Under the pieces are notes generated by a model. It saw only the letters and a program-made list of their open reading frames with translations, did not search any database and was not told the origin of the DNA. Below, one piece after another: positions 27,771 through 38,114 of a stretch of 64,000 nt of DNA. Source of the DNA: Candidatus Binatia bacterium (GTDB taxonomy: Bacteria > Desulfobacterota > Binatia > UBA9968 > CAXXLF01); contig CAXXLF010000001.1 in NCBI GenBank assembly GCA_963664015.2, positions 352,001 through 416,000 of the forward strand. Direction: 5' to 3'. Numbering within the stretch: position 1 is the first letter of the stretch; the number at the start of each line of letters is the position of its first letter. Made by a program: the position numbers and the translations under genes.

Positions 27771-28517
27771 CTATTTCAGGGTGCTTTTAACCCAACGCAC
27801 AGACCCACGAAATCGCTGCCGGAGCATGTTGCGGAGGAACTCCAGGGACGTTGTCAGACCCACGTTTGACCCCCCACCATCCCGCGGCAGAAAGATGACA
27901 TCCACCTGGCCCGTCCGATAACTGTTCCTGCTCGCCTTGATCATAATCTCAGCGTCGATAAACCAATCTCTGCTACTCAATTCAAGCTGCCGATAACATT
28001 CTCTGCGCATAAGCTTCGGCGCACCGTTAACATCTCTACTCTTAACGGAAAAAAGGAGGTGAAAAAGTAAATTATAGCATTTCGACATAAGTAAACGCTT
28101 TAAGCCGTCCTGGCGAACGACCCGATTCACCTTACATAAATCCAGATTCTGCTCGATCAAGAGGCGATAGACGCGTATCACATCCCGGGGCGCGATCTGG
28201 CCGTCTCCACAGGTGAAACCGACTACTGGAGCCGTAGTCTCTTTCAAGCCGCAGATAATTCCCCAACCGTACCCCTTATTAGCCGCAACATGTACCCCCC
28301 GGATTGATTTATTGCCCTTCCCCAGCCCCTCCACAATCTCTCCCGTATCATCCTCTGAACCATTGTTGACTAAAACCAGCTCGCAGGGAATCCTCTCCCG
28401 TTCGAATTCCGCAATCAGGCCCGCAACGACACCAGAGATCGCACTTCCTTCATTATAAAATGGAATGACCAGGGAGACTGCCGGACCCGTGTCGATTTTA
28501 TTTACGCCCATGGCCAA
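27771..28517 (-). CDS. GT2, dolichyl/polyprenyl-phosphate sugar synthase-like
   Basis: IPFYNE, VNNGSED, NKGYG, DGQ, F.DAE, R..G.S. Confidence 0.85.
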   Translation of the reverse strand: MAMGVNKIDTGPAVSLVIPFYNEGSAISGVVAGLIAEFERERIPCELVLVNNGSEDDTGEIVEGLGKGNKSIRGVHVAANKGYGWGIICGLKETTAPVVGFTCGDGQIAPRDVIRVYRLLIEQNLDLCKVNRVVRQDGLKRLLMSKCYNLLFHLLFSVKSRDVNGAPKLMRRECYRQLELSSRDWFIDAEIMIKASRNSYRTGQVDVIFLPRDGGGSNVGLTTSLEFLRNMLRQRFRGSVRWVKSTLK

Positions 28518-29838
28518 TCGATTCGAAGCCCTTCCTACGCAATGAGTTGTGGAGGCCTGAGGTCATGCTCATGAGCAGCCAGGGTTCGGCACTACCGAGA
28601 TCATGCCCGACGAGGAAATAAGTAAAGAAAAACACACTTGCCCCTAAAATCGATATTGCGAACTGCTTTTGCATCTGATCGCCGAGCCTAGTGGCAAAGG
28701 CACTTGCCGAGATGAGGTATCCCGCCCAGAGAGCGAGTATCCATAGAAATATCGCTCCCCCAACGACTCCCACTTCTCCCAATACCTGCATATAGACATT
28801 GTGAACCGCGGTCAAACCGTCCGGGAAAATGTTTCCTACGCCCACCCCCACCCACGGAGATTCCGAAAAACGATCGAGAGCAAATTCAATAAAAGCCAAC
28901 CGCGCTACTACAGAAGGATCAGATTGCAACGTCTGAACCGACATACGACTTCCGACAAGACCCAGGAGACCCAAAAGCCACGCACCAAAGAATAGAAATG
29001 CGGCGCCTACCACGACCATGATTGCCCTATTTCCGGTCAAATCCGGAACGGTAAACAGGAAAATAACAACGAGGCCCGCTGCAAACGCAACCATTGCAGC
29101 TCGCGTACCGCTAAGAACAGTCAACACCCCCATACTGCAGATCAAAATCCAATTCCCCAACGATACCAAGGGAGAACGCATCGTCCGGCGAATACTAAAC
29201 CCTAGGAACATGCCCAATGGTAGCCAGGATGCAACTCCCTGCAGAAACATTGCTCCTCCCTGATCTTTCCGTACCACGGCGAGGATTGGATCATTAGACG
29301 CAACCGATTCAGCCTGAAGTAGGGCGCTCAATGCCGAGACACCACCGTTCTGTCCGATCGCTACGATATACCCAACCGATTGGAATAGCCCCGTGATCAG
29401 TACACAAATAGCGATCCTTTTATATCGGCTTGGGAAGTCCCCACTGAGGTAATCCGCGAGGACAAAATACAGCATGCCGTTACGTAACAGTTTCAGTGAG
29501 CGAAACCCTCCACCATGAACATTATCGGCCCAAAGCACAGACATAACGCAAAACAACAGAAATATTATTACAGCTAAATCCAGGCGGTTTCTGATCATGT
29601 CAAGCCGGCCCGTCAAGCACCGCCCCCCGAACCACAGCCCAACAACCAGAAGCAACACCATGTCTCCGATACGACCGTTGGCGGCGCCCCCTAGCTGCCA
29701 TAAGGACACCTGCCTGATAGTCATGGTTAAAATTATCGAGGCCATCCAAAATCCGGCACCCGGAAAACTGAATTTCATCGATGCCGGTCTCCACGGAAGG
29801 ACCGGATAGGCGTCTTTTATCTCTGCATTAACGTCCAT
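28498..29838 (-). CDS. O-antigen ligase / Wzy_C-family membrane protein
   Basis: About 12 TM segments, SGTRAA, periplasmic R...PWVGVG.G, VHNVYMQVLGEVG. Confidence 0.85.
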   Translation of the reverse strand: MDVNAEIKDAYPVLPWRPASMKFSFPGAGFWMASIILTMTIRQVSLWQLGGAANGRIGDMVLLLVVGLWFGGRCLTGRLDMIRNRLDLAVIIFLLFCVMSVLWADNVHGGGFRSLKLLRNGMLYFVLADYLSGDFPSRYKRIAICVLITGLFQSVGYIVAIGQNGGVSALSALLQAESVASNDPILAVVRKDQGGAMFLQGVASWLPLGMFLGFSIRRTMRSPLVSLGNWILICSMGVLTVLSGTRAAMVAFAAGLVVIFLFTVPDLTGNRAIMVVVGAAFLFFGAWLLGLLGLVGSRMSVQTLQSDPSVVARLAFIEFALDRFSESPWVGVGVGNIFPDGLTAVHNVYMQVLGEVGVVGGAIFLWILALWAGYLISASAFATRLGDQMQKQFAISILGASVFFFTYFLVGHDLGSAEPWLLMSMTSGLHNSLRRKGFESIGHGRK

Positions 29839-29841
29839 GGG

Positions 29842-31380
29842 TTATTCCATCCGTGGCGGTCGATCCTCTTTTTTTTCGTACAGATAAACCTTGATCCGAT
29901 AATCGAGAAAATTCTTCTTAAACAGCTTAGACTTGATTAAGCGGTCGGGGTCGTGGAAAAACTTTTTTTCGTCCATACGAGCGTAACGCCCATCAAACCA
30001 GCTTCGCGCATCGTTGGTAACCCTCTGAAAACCCGAATCCGCCCCCACCAGCCATAATTGCCTGCCCGCCCCGGCGTCCAAACATTCCACCGAATCCTTA
30101 AAGTGATTTCCGTAGATCGGCTGCGCGAAACCTTCAAAATGATTAGTGTAATAGCTCAAGGTGATGCCTGAACCGATCGCAACCAAACAATCTCCCGTTC
30201 GCTGATGCTCCCGTATATACTTTCCCACCCCGCGCCAAGGATCTACCTGGGCCAGGATATGGAACTCCCGGTTATGAAAGTAGTTAATTATGGAGACACA
30301 TACAGGAACCAGTAATATAGACAAAACAACCGCCTGAGCCTGAACCCTAGGGATGGAGAGAAGTCCTTTGGCTATAACCAGATAATAAACTGGGGCAAGG
30401 AATAAATAATATTTGGGCATTGACGAAAAGATCAGGCTCCCAGCAAGGAACGGGAGCGACAAATAGAGCAGGACAAACACAAACACTTCTTTCTCTTTCT
30501 TAAGACTTCTGGCCCCCAAGACCGCTACTGCTCCAAAAGCCAACGCCCCCGCGAGAGCCACAACATTCCAGGGGAGAATGGTTTGACCGAGGCTTACGGC
30601 AAAAAGAAGGTAAAGGGGTTTTACTAGCCAACCGGCTATAACAATTGGGAATTTATCCGGATGATCGAGGGTAAACAGTTCGGGGTGCTGAATTTGAAAG
30701 ATAAGGCCGGGAAGCCAAAATGCAAACACACCGCCGATGAACAACTGTGAAACAATAGCCTTCACCCGATGATGTCGATAAACGGGATATCGAATGAAAA
30801 AATAGGCCCATTCAAACAGCAGGATGAGAAACGCGTGGTAGTGCACATATACACTTAACGTACTTATGACTGTGTACATGAACCAATGGAACGACCGGCC
30901 GCCGCGCAGGGCCCTCAGAAAGAAGTACAGTGAGAATAAAGCCAAAAAGGTCAGTAGCGAATACATGCGAAGTTCCCGGTCGTAGAGCAAATGGAACGGC
31001 GAAACTGCGACCAGCAATGCTGTAAGAATGGCAACCCTTCTGCCTAGCAATTCATAAGCCAAGATAAAGCCGGCGGGGATCACAGCAATTCCAAAAATTA
31101 CCGGCAGCAAACGAAAATAGACTTCTCCTTGACCAAAAGAGGCCCAGATTTTCACTAGGAGAAAGTAAAGAGGCGGGTGTGCGTTGCCGCAACTGGGCGT
31201 GAGAAATGTCTTTACATTTTGGATAGCATCACCGCTGCACAGGCTTATCAGCTCATCCGACCAGAAGCTCTTATCCCCAAGGTCCCATAACCGGAGAGAT
31301 GCACCGAGAACAGTGATGGCGAGAAGTGCCAGCCCGGTATAAAACCCTCTCCTGGTCTTATTCCTTCCGGTATCAGCCAT
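29842..31380 (-). CDS. GT-C (GT39/PMT-like) membrane glycosyltransferase
   Basis: LRLWDLG..SFWSDE, HPPLYF, ELRMY, YVHY. Start taken at ATG 31380. Confidence 0.85.
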   Translation of the reverse strand: MADTGRNKTRRGFYTGLALLAITVLGASLRLWDLGDKSFWSDELISLCSGDAIQNVKTFLTPSCGNAHPPLYFLLVKIWASFGQGEVYFRLLPVIFGIAVIPAGFILAYELLGRRVAILTALLVAVSPFHLLYDRELRMYSLLTFLALFSLYFFLRALRGGRSFHWFMYTVISTLSVYVHYHAFLILLFEWAYFFIRYPVYRHHRVKAIVSQLFIGGVFAFWLPGLIFQIQHPELFTLDHPDKFPIVIAGWLVKPLYLLFAVSLGQTILPWNVVALAGALAFGAVAVLGARSLKKEKEVFVFVLLYLSLPFLAGSLIFSSMPKYYLFLAPVYYLVIAKGLLSIPRVQAQAVVLSILLVPVCVSIINYFHNREFHILAQVDPWRGVGKYIREHQRTGDCLVAIGSGITLSYYTNHFEGFAQPIYGNHFKDSVECLDAGAGRQLWLVGADSGFQRVTNDARSWFDGRYARMDEKKFFHDPDRLIKSKLFKKNFLDYRIKVYLYEKKEDRPPRME

Positions 31381-32581
31381 CGACCTGCTCCGATAGCCCC
31401 TCGACCATCCTCCGAAACTCCCGCTGCTGCCGCTCAACGGAAAAGTCCCTCTCTACTCTCTTCCGACCCTCTTGGCCGAGCCTCTGTGCGAAGTCGGGAT
31501 CGTCCAATACCGCTCTTAGGGCGTTACGGATTTCCGTAGTAGACTTCCCATCGACCAGGACCCCCGTGACTCCATCCACCACGGCCTCCGGAGTAGCCCC
31601 AGTCCGGCCAGCAATCACCGCTTTGCCGTGAGCACCCGCCTCGATGAATACGATCCCAAAACCCTCCGTATCACCATCCTCCAACGTACGAGTCGGCAAA
31701 AGGAATAATTTGCATATGGAATAAAGGAAATGGAGTTCGTTATCACTCACTGCACCTACAAAAATAACCTGGCCCGTATCCCCTTCCTGCCGCGCACATT
31801 TCTTGAGGGACTCTTCCCTCTCTCCTGTCCCGGCAATAACCAGGCAAAGGTCCGCGTACTCTTTCTTCAATTCGGTAAATGCGCGAATAGCGTTATCAAA
31901 CCCTTTCCGCTCGATGAGCCGCCCTGCCATCAGGACGATACGGGTGTTTGATAGCGCCCTGCCGTTAAGCATCTGAAGTATTCTCTTCGAAGGTTGAACC
32001 GATCGCGGAACATGGATTCCTGGGTAAATCAACGCGACCCGCCCTTCCTTGCACCGAAAGTGAACAAGCTTGCTACGAGTGAACTCACTGATGGTTACAA
32101 CCCGTGCTGCGTTCGAAATGATGAGACTCATGAGCCATTTATGACACCTTAACCCAAAAAGCCGCTTACGGAGACTTATGGTCAGCTCCTCCCCATAGGT
32201 TACCACCGCGTATGGGACCCCCAAGATTCGATGGATCAGATACCCTGCGAGACCGGCAGGAGCCACCTGAAAGCACATCACGACCTTGAGAGATTTCCTG
32301 AACCGGTAAGCCCAAAACAGCGGGATCAATGCCATCTGAAGATACAGACAAATACTGTACCCCTTCCTTAAAAACCTATTTTTGATTTGGAAGTTAGTAT
32401 AAAAAACCCGCATTATTCGGACAAACGCTCCGGGTCGTTCCGACCCAAAGGGGCAGAGGACCAGCACCGCGCTGGGAATACCAAGGATTGCATGGTACGT
32501 ATAGGCAGTTGCACCACCTTTTAGAGGTGGCAATGCATCCGTTACGGCAAGAATTTCGGGGGATGAGTTTCTAGAAACCAT
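31373..32581 (-). CDS. GT4 glycosyltransferase (PimB-like)
   Basis: PPLKGG, GRLIERKG, EGFGIVFIEAG, G..G..EAV. Confidence 0.9.
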   Translation of the reverse strand: MVSRNSSPEILAVTDALPPLKGGATAYTYHAILGIPSAVLVLCPFGSERPGAFVRIMRVFYTNFQIKNRFLRKGYSICLYLQMALIPLFWAYRFRKSLKVVMCFQVAPAGLAGYLIHRILGVPYAVVTYGEELTISLRKRLFGLRCHKWLMSLIISNAARVVTISEFTRSKLVHFRCKEGRVALIYPGIHVPRSVQPSKRILQMLNGRALSNTRIVLMAGRLIERKGFDNAIRAFTELKKEYADLCLVIAGTGEREESLKKCARQEGDTGQVIFVGAVSDNELHFLYSICKLFLLPTRTLEDGDTEGFGIVFIEAGAHGKAVIAGRTGATPEAVVDGVTGVLVDGKSTTEIRNALRAVLDDPDFAQRLGQEGRKRVERDFSVERQQREFRRMVEGLSEQVDG

Positions 32582-32619
32582 AAAGCCGTTCCACTAGGTG
32601 GTGCTGCCCAGATCGATTT

Positions 32620-34617
32620 CTATGCGCAACTCGCAAGCTGAATCCCAGTATGACAAGACCCTGTTGCTGTGGGACCCCGACCTTCCATCATCGCGTCAAT
32701 AACCAACGCCACCCTGCCCGACGCATTTCCGTCCATCCCTGCGGTTTGATAAGCAAGAAATTCCTTCCGGCCCAACTCCAGCTTTGTTCGCACAGTTGGG
32801 TCATGAAGTGCGCTCTCGATTGCAGGTGCTACATCCTGGACCGAATAGGCTCCAAGAGCAGCCCCGAATTTGACGTAGGGGATAATATCCTCTTCGCCTG
32901 TCAGGTTAACGATCACCAGCGCCTTGCCAAACACAAGGGCATCTACGCCGGTCTGCGACCATCGCGTAATAAGAAGGTCGGAGGCCAGGATAAACGAATA
33001 GATGTCCGATTCCGCTTCAGCGATAAACAGGTTACGCGTACCGAGTTTTTGCAGCAGCTCCCTATGCATAGAGGGATCGTCATTTTGCGGGTGTGGTTTC
33101 ACAACCAGGTAACACCCGTTGATCTGCGAGACCGCTTTATAAATCGCCTCAGCTTCCCCAGCATAGGCTGCATCCTCTGAACCCAGAACCTTCCCCCCCT
33201 TCCACCGAACCTCCCTTGTTGCAGCTGAAGCGTAGACCACGAGCCGGTAACCGGCCGGGATGCCGAATTGGCCAAAGATCCTCTCACGAGCGCGTTCCGG
33301 GGAGCGTTGGAGAAGGTCATCGTATTTGGGCTGGCTTGTCATGACCAACGTGGAGCTGGATACCCACCCCACCCTGGCAAGATTGTCGACGGCCGCTCGA
33401 CCTTCGACGGTCATGACGTCGGTACCGATAGGAAACCGCCACAATGGATGTAAATCGACAATCCCATGATAAATACATAGGGAGCGAATCCCGATATTTC
33501 TGCCCATCTGGTAGAAGGCTCGAAAGGTTCCACTTCTTTCGTTTGTGCCAACGATCAGCTTTGGCTGCCGGACCTCAATAGCGCGCCGCGCGATCTCAAG
33601 GTTCCGCGCACCTTGCGCTAGTGTCATCCAAAAGAACTGCACCCCCTCCTCGGCAACTTCCCACAGGTTGCCTCCGCCATGGCTAAAGACCTGCCGCCGT
33701 GTCGACGACCTGTTCATCCCGTTTCTGAAACAGCGCCAGCCCCAAAACAGGCTGATTGTAGTTGCAAACACCCGTAGTGATCCGCTCAGGGTGAGATACC
33801 CCTCCCAGCGGCAATAGGGAAGTCTGGCTCCCTGCAGGTCCTCCTCTCCCTGGGGTCCGATTTGTAATACCACATTTCGCCACCGCCCCTCTTGGCCCAG
33901 CCGCTTGAGAACGGGTATCAAAGCCTCGGCGTTCCGTACTGTGTGATTCAATGCAAGGATGTCGACGGTGTCCGAAGCCGCCTTATTTGAGCTATGCAAT
34001 CGAGTCAGCCGAAGCTTTATTAGAAATGTCTTCACAACACTCAAAAGCGGTATGAGAACCGCAATCAACCTCGTTCGCAAGCGCCCTTTTGCATTACCGC
34101 ATATGCACTTGATAGATCTCTCGGCTGCCATGCATAATATGAGCCTGCAGAGCAACCGATCGTATTGAAAGCCTTTGAATGTTACCAGTGGCCCGATAGC
34201 GGCATCACAATAGATACGGTCCGGCCGTTCCATTTCAAGGATGGATCGGGCGAACTCCATTTGGCTTACCATTCGTTCAAAGCCGTATACCAACAAGTCC
34301 ACCCTGTGAAGATCCCAGAGCGATATTCCGGAGTGAAGCGTCAGAGAGCGGATCGTGCTACCCCGCGGCAATTCAAGGGACTCGATCCGTTCCAACATTT
34401 GCATCCCTGCCGTTGCCGCACTGTATCGCTGCGAAGCTGGAAGAACGTAGTCGCCGTAGGTTTTATAGGGAATTCCGTGGCGGGCCAACACCTCGGCGGA
34501 CAGGGAATCAATAGCCAGAATAACAAGACTAGCCTCTGGATAATTTCTTCGCAGTTTCCCGTGCTTGCGAATCAGGTTCCGGCTGATTATATCGTCTACA
34601 ATCCACAAGACCTTCAT
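32620..34617 (-). CDS. Putative GT-B transferase with HP motif (capsule synthesis / CDP-glycerol phosphotransferase-like C-terminus)
   Basis: HG motif, QPKYD, LVVKPHP, SDLLIT.WSQTGVDAL..GK, DG.AS.R. Confidence 0.6.
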   Translation of the reverse strand: MKVLWIVDDIISRNLIRKHGKLRRNYPEASLVILAIDSLSAEVLARHGIPYKTYGDYVLPASQRYSAATAGMQMLERIESLELPRGSTIRSLTLHSGISLWDLHRVDLLVYGFERMVSQMEFARSILEMERPDRIYCDAAIGPLVTFKGFQYDRLLCRLILCMAAERSIKCICGNAKGRLRTRLIAVLIPLLSVVKTFLIKLRLTRLHSSNKAASDTVDILALNHTVRNAEALIPVLKRLGQEGRWRNVVLQIGPQGEEDLQGARLPYCRWEGYLTLSGSLRVFATTISLFWGWRCFRNGMNRSSTRRQVFSHGGGNLWEVAEEGVQFFWMTLAQGARNLEIARRAIEVRQPKLIVGTNERSGTFRAFYQMGRNIGIRSLCIYHGIVDLHPLWRFPIGTDVMTVEGRAAVDNLARVGWVSSSTLVMTSQPKYDDLLQRSPERARERIFGQFGIPAGYRLVVYASAATREVRWKGGKVLGSEDAAYAGEAEAIYKAVSQINGCYLVVKPHPQNDDPSMHRELLQKLGTRNLFIAEAESDIYSFILASDLLITRWSQTGVDALVFGKALVIVNLTGEEDIIPYVKFGAALGAYSVQDVAPAIESALHDPTVRTKLELGRKEFLAYQTAGMDGNASGRVALVIDAMMEGRGPTATGSCHTGIQLASCA

Positions 34618-34620
34618 AGT

Positions 34621-35946
34621 CTACAATTCAAGTCTTTCTGAAAGCTCAGATCGAAAGAGACGTGCCGGATCGTAAGCTCGGAGCGCGTCTCTGAACACTC
34701 CGTATTGAGGGTAGCAATCACGGACCATGGAGCAGGGCAGTCGCGAGTCCTTGATTACATTTGGGATGCCGCCGTTTTTAGCCGTCAGTTGATCCAGGAA
34801 CGGTAAAAACTCCAGCCCGGCCTTGGATCGCACCAGATACAGCGTGACACAAACCCCGTTCATATCGAAGCGAAGATGGCGCTGGTTTCCCTTGAAAAGC
34901 TTGATTGATAATAAGACCGCCGGTGCTTTTTTCTTGACGATGCTGCCTTGAAGCTCATCGAGAAATCCGTCGACCCTTCCGTCGGGCACCAGCACCTGAT
35001 ATTCTGCAAAGCCGCGCTTCCCGAAGAAGTAAAAAATTTCCGGGCGGCGCGCAAAAGGGAACAGGGAATCGAACAAAGGCAGTTCCCCGCGCTCCGGCCG
35101 GGCACGCTCCCAATGCCAGTAAAGAGAATTTAACGCTCGAGTTGTAAGACGGTTCCATAGCGATATGGGGAGCCTTGCCCTTGACGCCGCGGTGAGCAAG
35201 CAATATCGGGGCGGGAGATTCTCGTGAAAGGGAGTCCCGGGCACAAAGGATCCCTCATAAATTATGCCTCGACCGAAGGTTCGAGCCACCGGCGCGGCGT
35301 CGTGCCATGTGTAAGTAAAAGCCTTGCGGCCCCCTGAAGAGCGGACGAGCGCTAACGCTTCTTTAACACTACCAACCGAGGTCCGTTGCATTGACAACTT
35401 TAGACCGGGAAGCGGCTCAAGCCGCAGAGTGACTGTAAGAATTACCCCTGTCAGCCCATACCCTCCGCACGTTAGATCAAACACGGATGAGTCATTTTCA
35501 GGGTCCACTCGAAGGGTTCCATGTTTTGGATGAAAGAGTTTGAGTCCGATGACATGCCGAACGATCGTGCCGGACAGGGCTGGATTCTTACCGTGGACGT
35601 TCACGGCAATACAACCTCCTATCGTAATGGCCGGGTATCCCGGCTGGACCGGCAGCCATAGGGCAGAAGGCGTCGTCAGGGTCATCAGCTGGTCAAGCGT
35701 CATGCCGGCCTCGACCTCGATCAATCGGGCCGCAGGGTCGAAACGGACCAGCCGGTTGAACCCGGTCATGTCGTGCACAACACTCCCTGCTCCGAAGCTA
35801 GCGGCAGCATAGGAGTATCCTCCGCCGCGTGCGATCCTCGGCAGGTCGCCCAAATCTGTCTTGATCAGTTCGTTATCGTCAGGACGTTGAACTCTGGCCT
35901 GAGCCTCAAAGCCGCCGTCAAAGGACACTAAATCAACTGTTTCCAA
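34621..35946 (-). CDS. FAD-binding oxidoreductase, DprE1-like
   Basis: IARGGGYSY, PVQPG...ITIGG.IA.NVHGKN, TCGGYGLTG, GFAEYQ, KDSR, F.SELS.RL C-terminus. Confidence 0.85.
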   Translation of the reverse strand: METVDLVSFDGGFEAQARVQRPDDNELIKTDLGDLPRIARGGGYSYAAASFGAGSVVHDMTGFNRLVRFDPAARLIEVEAGMTLDQLMTLTTPSALWLPVQPGYPAITIGGCIAVNVHGKNPALSGTIVRHVIGLKLFHPKHGTLRVDPENDSSVFDLTCGGYGLTGVILTVTLRLEPLPGLKLSMQRTSVGSVKEALALVRSSGGRKAFTYTWHDAAPVARTFGRGIIYEGSFVPGTPFHENLPPRYCLLTAASRARLPISLWNRLTTRALNSLYWHWERARPERGELPLFDSLFPFARRPEIFYFFGKRGFAEYQVLVPDGRVDGFLDELQGSIVKKKAPAVLLSIKLFKGNQRHLRFDMNGVCVTLYLVRSKAGLEFLPFLDQLTAKNGGIPNVIKDSRLPCSMVRDCYPQYGVFRDALRAYDPARLFRSELSERLEL

Positions 35947-36070
35947 CCGGTCCCTGTCCGTCGCACGATATACGGAGTATGAAATCTCGACTTTCTCGGA
36001 ATTGGGATTAATGGATATTCTTGAATGGAATACAGTAAACTTCTACGGAACCCTCCGCGAATTCCCCTAT

Positions 36071-37105
36071 TTACTCTTCCGGCAACTGTGCTTTAACCAC
36101 AAATAAAGGCCGCTGCTTAACTTCTTCATAAATCCGCCCGATGTATTCTCCCACAATACCGAGACACAGGATATTGAAACCCAAGAGAAACGTGACAAGA
36201 AGGTTTATCTGGGTCAGCCCCGGAGGAAGAATGCCCGGTACCGTGGCTAATCCGAGCCAATTAAAAATCCAGAAGATTCCCTGGAGAATACCAACAAAAA
36301 ACGACAGGGAGGCCACGAAAAAGCCCGAGAACGTCATAAAACGGAGCGGGGCGATCGAATAGGAGAGCAAGCCATCGAGGGCGAGTCCGATCATTCCGCC
36401 CAGCTTAAATTTACTCTCTCCCCCCTTACGGCTCTGCCGTTCGTGTTCGACGCCCGTTTGCCGGAATCCCGACCAGGAACGTAATCCCCTTATGAACCGT
36501 TGACGCTCGGGCAGCGAGTTAATACAATCGACTACCATCCGGTGCATCACACAAAAGTCGCCGGCATCAATGGGAACGGTAATTTGAGCAGTCGCCCTCC
36601 ACAAACGGTAAAAGGCCTTGTAGGCAACCCGCTTGGCAAGGGAGTCCTGACGTTTGGTTCGAATTCCGTAAACGACCTCGTAGCCCCGCCGGGCCTTAGC
36701 GAGCATCTCCGGAATAAGCTCCGGCGGATCTTGCTGGTCTCCATCCATAACGACAACCCATGTCCCACGCGCGTGGGCGAGACCGGCGCTGATACCGCCC
36801 TGGTAGCCGAAATTGCGTGAGAGCTGGACCATCTTGATCCTCTGGTTCTCTCCATGCAGTCGACGCAGGATTACTTCGGAATCGTCGATACTCCCATTTT
36901 CGACATACAAAATCTCATATCGATCGATTCCGAGTTCCGTGCACACCCTTTCGAGCCTCCGACTCAAGGGCTCGAGATTCTCGGCCTCATTAAACGCCGG
37001 TATTACGAATGACAGCTCTAACCCCGTTCCGTCGGTTATCACTGGATTCGTCACCCGCGCATGGAATTGACGGAGGGCTTCCTGCTGGCTACCTGCTTCG
37101 TCCAT
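36071..37105 (-). CDS. GT2 polyprenyl-phosphate glycosyltransferase (GtrB/ArnC-like)
   Basis: IPAFNE, LSRNFG, MDGDQQDPPE, DAGDF, two C-terminal TM segments, GEYIGRIY.EVKQRP. Confidence 0.92.
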   Translation of the reverse strand: MDEAGSQQEALRQFHARVTNPVITDGTGLELSFVIPAFNEAENLEPLSRRLERVCTELGIDRYEILYVENGSIDDSEVILRRLHGENQRIKMVQLSRNFGYQGGISAGLAHARGTWVVVMDGDQQDPPELIPEMLAKARRGYEVVYGIRTKRQDSLAKRVAYKAFYRLWRATAQITVPIDAGDFCVMHRMVVDCINSLPERQRFIRGLRSWSGFRQTGVEHERQSRKGGESKFKLGGMIGLALDGLLSYSIAPLRFMTFSGFFVASLSFFVGILQGIFWIFNWLGLATVPGILPPGLTQINLLVTFLLGFNILCLGIVGEYIGRIYEEVKQRPLFVVKAQLPEE

Positions 37106-38102
37106 TTACTCTCTTCCGTGCAATGATCGTTCGGTAAAGCCCTTTACATATCCCTGCCCGGCACAGCAACCTGTCAAGTTTGACCAATGCATGAGCTTGC
37201 ACGTGGCGATAAACCTCCGGACCTTTAAGCGTTAACAGAGGATGCGTAGCAAAAGCATTGAAGCGGACGTCTTCCAATACCTCGAACTTCCCATACAACA
37301 GCGGTGAGATTTCCTGGGTACTAAGGGCCTCCATGGGAGATATCCCTTCAGGGAGATCAGTCTGATCAAGCTTTGATAGTCGTCCTAAAATTAACATGAG
37401 TTTCTGCCGATAACTCCTGTGATAACTGGGCAGAAGCATCGAAAACGCCCTTTGAAGGCACCTCTCCAGCCGCCCCTGAGGGAGGTCGTCCAGGGTTGCC
37501 ACTATACCGTCCGGCTTCAATCCCACCCATGCACGCTCCATAAACTGGCTGAGGTTGGGTAAATGATGAAAAGCGGACCAGCCACACACCGCATCGTAAC
37601 GTTCTCTTCCCAGGTCAATTTCCGTAACATCCTGGACATGGTAGTTGACCTTCCCAAATCCCTCCCGGTATGGGTTGTCCTCCAACATACGCCTAGCGAC
37701 TGCAATGGCCTCCGACGAAAGGTCATAGGCATCTACGATCATCCCTCTCCGTCCGAGCTCCAGTGACAGCCAGCCTGGACCACATCCAATGTCCAATACA
37801 CGACCTCCTGGGCGACTTGACACCCAATCGATAAAGCGCGTGCGGTATTTTTCGTCCAGGATATTGTTAACCCGCGGATCGATCGCCCCTTGTCCTGACA
37901 AAATCGGAACTGAAAGTCGAGCCCGTCGGATATCCGCTTCCAGCGGAATACGCTCTCCAGCGGTCCTTTCCAATGCTTTTCGATCCCAATAATGCGCCTC
38001 TCCTCGCTTCAATGCCGATTCCGATTGGAGCACGGGACTCTGAACTTTCATTCCCCCGGCCATGCCATTACTTTCACCGTTCCCAATTTTTGACAATTCC
38101 AC
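37089..38102 (-). CDS. Class I SAM methyltransferase
   Basis: VLDIGCGPG, AFHHL, LKPDG. Confidence 0.85.
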   Translation of the reverse strand: MELSKIGNGESNGMAGGMKVQSPVLQSESALKRGEAHYWDRKALERTAGERIPLEADIRRARLSVPILSGQGAIDPRVNNILDEKYRTRFIDWVSSRPGGRVLDIGCGPGWLSLELGRRGMIVDAYDLSSEAIAVARRMLEDNPYREGFGKVNYHVQDVTEIDLGRERYDAVCGWSAFHHLPNLSQFMERAWVGLKPDGIVATLDDLPQGRLERCLQRAFSMLLPSYHRSYRQKLMLILGRLSKLDQTDLPEGISPMEALSTQEISPLLYGKFEVLEDVRFNAFATHPLLTLKGPEVYRHVQAHALVKLDRLLCRAGICKGLYRTIIARKRVNGRSR

Positions 38103-38114
38103 AGCAACATTCCC

